This document shows positions 4,878-5,564 of a stretch of DNA of 5,564 nt, piece by piece. Location: positions 1-5,564 of IMG/VR virus record IMGVR_UViG_2681813234_000001; one strand, written 5' to 3'. The stretch is from a virus. Its lineage: Duplodnaviria > Heunggongvirae > Uroviricota > Caudoviricetes. The position numbers and the translations under genes were made by a program. The notes beneath the pieces are model-generated. The model searched no databases and was not told the origin of the DNA. It saw nothing but the letters and a program-made list of their open reading frames with translations. Within the stretch, counting starts at the first letter, position 1, and the number at the start of each line of letters is the position of its first letter.

Positions 4878-5073
4878 CTTGTGGTGGCTCTGGTGATTTA
4901 GCCCAATGGGTGGCTGGAATGCCGTGACAGCGGTCCAATTCACTAACAAACATCTTGCTGCCAATACTATCTACAGCTTTACATACCGCAGTTCTAACAA
5001 CACCGCGAAATGCTGTAAGAACCATCGCTCCTTCTTCCGGCATCTGATCACTACACTTAATCCACTGGATCAT
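4873..5073 (-). CDS. DUF551-like phage protein (66 aa)
   Basis: Track ORF; ATG 5073-5071 overlaps the upstream stop (ATGA). MIQWIKCSDQMPEEG...VLTAF...THWAKSPEPP matches the DUF551 signature as I recall it (WI-x-D-x-LPE-x-G ... HW ... PEPP). Confidence 0.65.
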   Translation of the reverse strand: MIQWIKCSDQMPEEGAMVLTAFRGVVRTAVCKAVDSIGSKMFVSELDRCHGIPATHWAKSPEPPQE

Positions 5074-5213
5074 ATCACCTTATCCTCATCAAAAATCACA
5101 CCAATCACACGAAGCAAGTCTTTCGCCATACGCTCTGCTTCTTCATAGTCGTAACCAGCATCAACATACAATTCAGTGTAGAAAATCAGGTCAGCTTTTG
5201 TTTGTTCGTTCAT
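5070..5213 (-). CDS. hypothetical 47-aa acidic protein
   Basis: ATG 5213-5211 overlaps the stop of the upstream Imm-like gene (ATGA), and its own stop TGA 5072-5070 overlaps the DUF551 ATG (ATGA). Translation MNEQTKADLIFYTELYVDAGYDYEEAERMAKDLLRVIGVIFDEDKVI (12 acidic, 5 basic). Below the ORF-track size cutoff; supported mainly by this double coupling. Confidence 0.45.
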   Translation of the reverse strand: MNEQTKADLIFYTELYVDAGYDYEEAERMAKDLLRVIGVIFDEDKVI

Positions 5214-5404
5214 TTCTTGTCGCCACTTTTAACCAGTGCCCAAACCAGTGCCGCAACCCACCCAATAAAGCTCCATCCGACAAGAATATTCAGTACGCAG
5301 ATTGCAGTCGTGTTTACGTGCTTGCGTTGCAGCGCCACAAAAGATGGAAGAAGATAAGCAAATATCACCAATCCAGCGAAAAGCAACAAAATAACAACAT
5401 CCAT
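5210..5404 (-). CDS. superinfection immunity (T4 Imm-like) family small membrane protein (64 aa)
   Basis: Track ORF; ATG 5404-5402 with GAGGTGA RBS 5 nt upstream. Two TM segments and the motif AYLLPSFVALQRKHVNTTAICVLNILVGWSFIGWVAALVWAL, which matches the superinfection-immunity small-protein family consensus as I recall it (YFLPSIIA-x-R-x-H-x-N ... LGW-x-IGW ... ALIWA). Confidence 0.7.
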   Translation of the reverse strand: MDVVILLLFAGLVIFAYLLPSFVALQRKHVNTTAICVLNILVGWSFIGWVAALVWALVKSGDKK

Positions 5405-5439
5405 AAATCACCTCACTCATATCTCGTTTCGATGACTTG

Positions 5440-5468
5440 AATCTACATCACCACCTCACAGGTGTCAA
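5440..5468 (-). promoter_or_regulatory. sigma70-like promoter, leftward (TTGACA-17-TAGATT), for the three-gene cassette
   Basis: Minus strand reads ggtggtgTTGACAcctgtgaggtggtgatgTAGATTcaag: -35 at plus 5463-5468, -10 at plus 5440-5445. TSS about 29 nt upstream of ATG 5404. Overlaps the inverted repeat GGTGT-ca-ACACC (5461-5472). Confidence 0.5.
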
Positions 5469-5479
5469 CACCACCGAGA

Positions 5480-5488
5480 TGATATAAT
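5480..5488 (+). promoter_or_regulatory. extended -10 promoter (TGaTATAAT) for the downstream rightward gene
   Basis: TGATATAAT at 5480-5488, about 18 nt upstream of AGGA (5506-5509) and ATG 5518. Confidence 0.4.
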
Positions 5489-5517
5489 CAACATCAGTCA
5501 AATTCAGGATGCAAAAC

Positions 5518-5564
5518 ATGAGCAATCGCACGCCACTAACAGAAATCGGAGAGATGCGCATCTC
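5518..5564 (+). CDS. hypothetical protein, N-terminal 15 codons only (position is consistent with a tail assembly chaperone, but too little sequence to say)
   Basis: ATG 5518 with AGGA 8 nt upstream; an alternative ATG at 5509 is in frame. Open to the window end (MSNRTPLTEIGEMRI...). Confidence 0.3.
   Translation, partial: MSNRTPLTEIGEMRI

Noticed and set aside
4240-4964. ORFs 4240..4632 (-), 4475..4660 (+), 4657..4845 (-) and 4695..4964 (-)
   Set aside because: They are shadow or alternate frames inside the major tail gene, and 4695..4964 crosses the terminator hairpin. None has start context.
4906-5440. ORFs 4906..5148 (+), 5198..5440 (+) and 5229..5420 (-)
   Set aside because: They are antisense or alternate-frame to the DUF551, 47-aa and Imm-like genes, which have RBSs, overlap coupling and recognisable motifs.
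1-5564. CRISPR arrays, rRNA genes, IS elements or transposase or integrase genes
   Set aside because: No regularly spaced direct repeats were found, no rRNA-like sequence, and no ORF with transposase or recombinase character.

Overview
This window reads as a fragment of a tailed-phage or prophage genome (siphovirus-like, with enterobacterial-style codon usage). The plus strand carries a rightward block: a 39-aa basic ORF, a multi-TM membrane protein, a pinholin-like small membrane protein, then four tightly coupled head-tail joining genes (adaptor-like, head-closure-like, HK97 gp10-like, tail-terminator-like). This is followed by a bidirectional terminator, an antisense tRNA with a CAU anticodon and a ~370-nt hairpin-dense non-coding spacer, then a major tail protein with a C-terminal Ig-like domain, a second bidirectional terminator, and the start of a further rightward gene. 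The minus strand carries two leftward accessory operons (1-1088 and 4873-5404), each transcribed from a divergent promoter region that also appears to fire rightward. The second is a three-gene cassette (superinfection-immunity-like membrane protein, 47-aa acidic protein, DUF551-like protein) sitting between tail genes; the first encodes strongly acidic small proteins of unknown function. I see no CRISPR array, rRNA, transposase or integrase. All family names come from my recall of motifs and architecture, not from a search; promoters and terminators are sequence-pattern predictions. ORF-track starts can be TTG/GTG (633 is TTG, 2027 is TTG), so several starts were re-chosen from RBS context.
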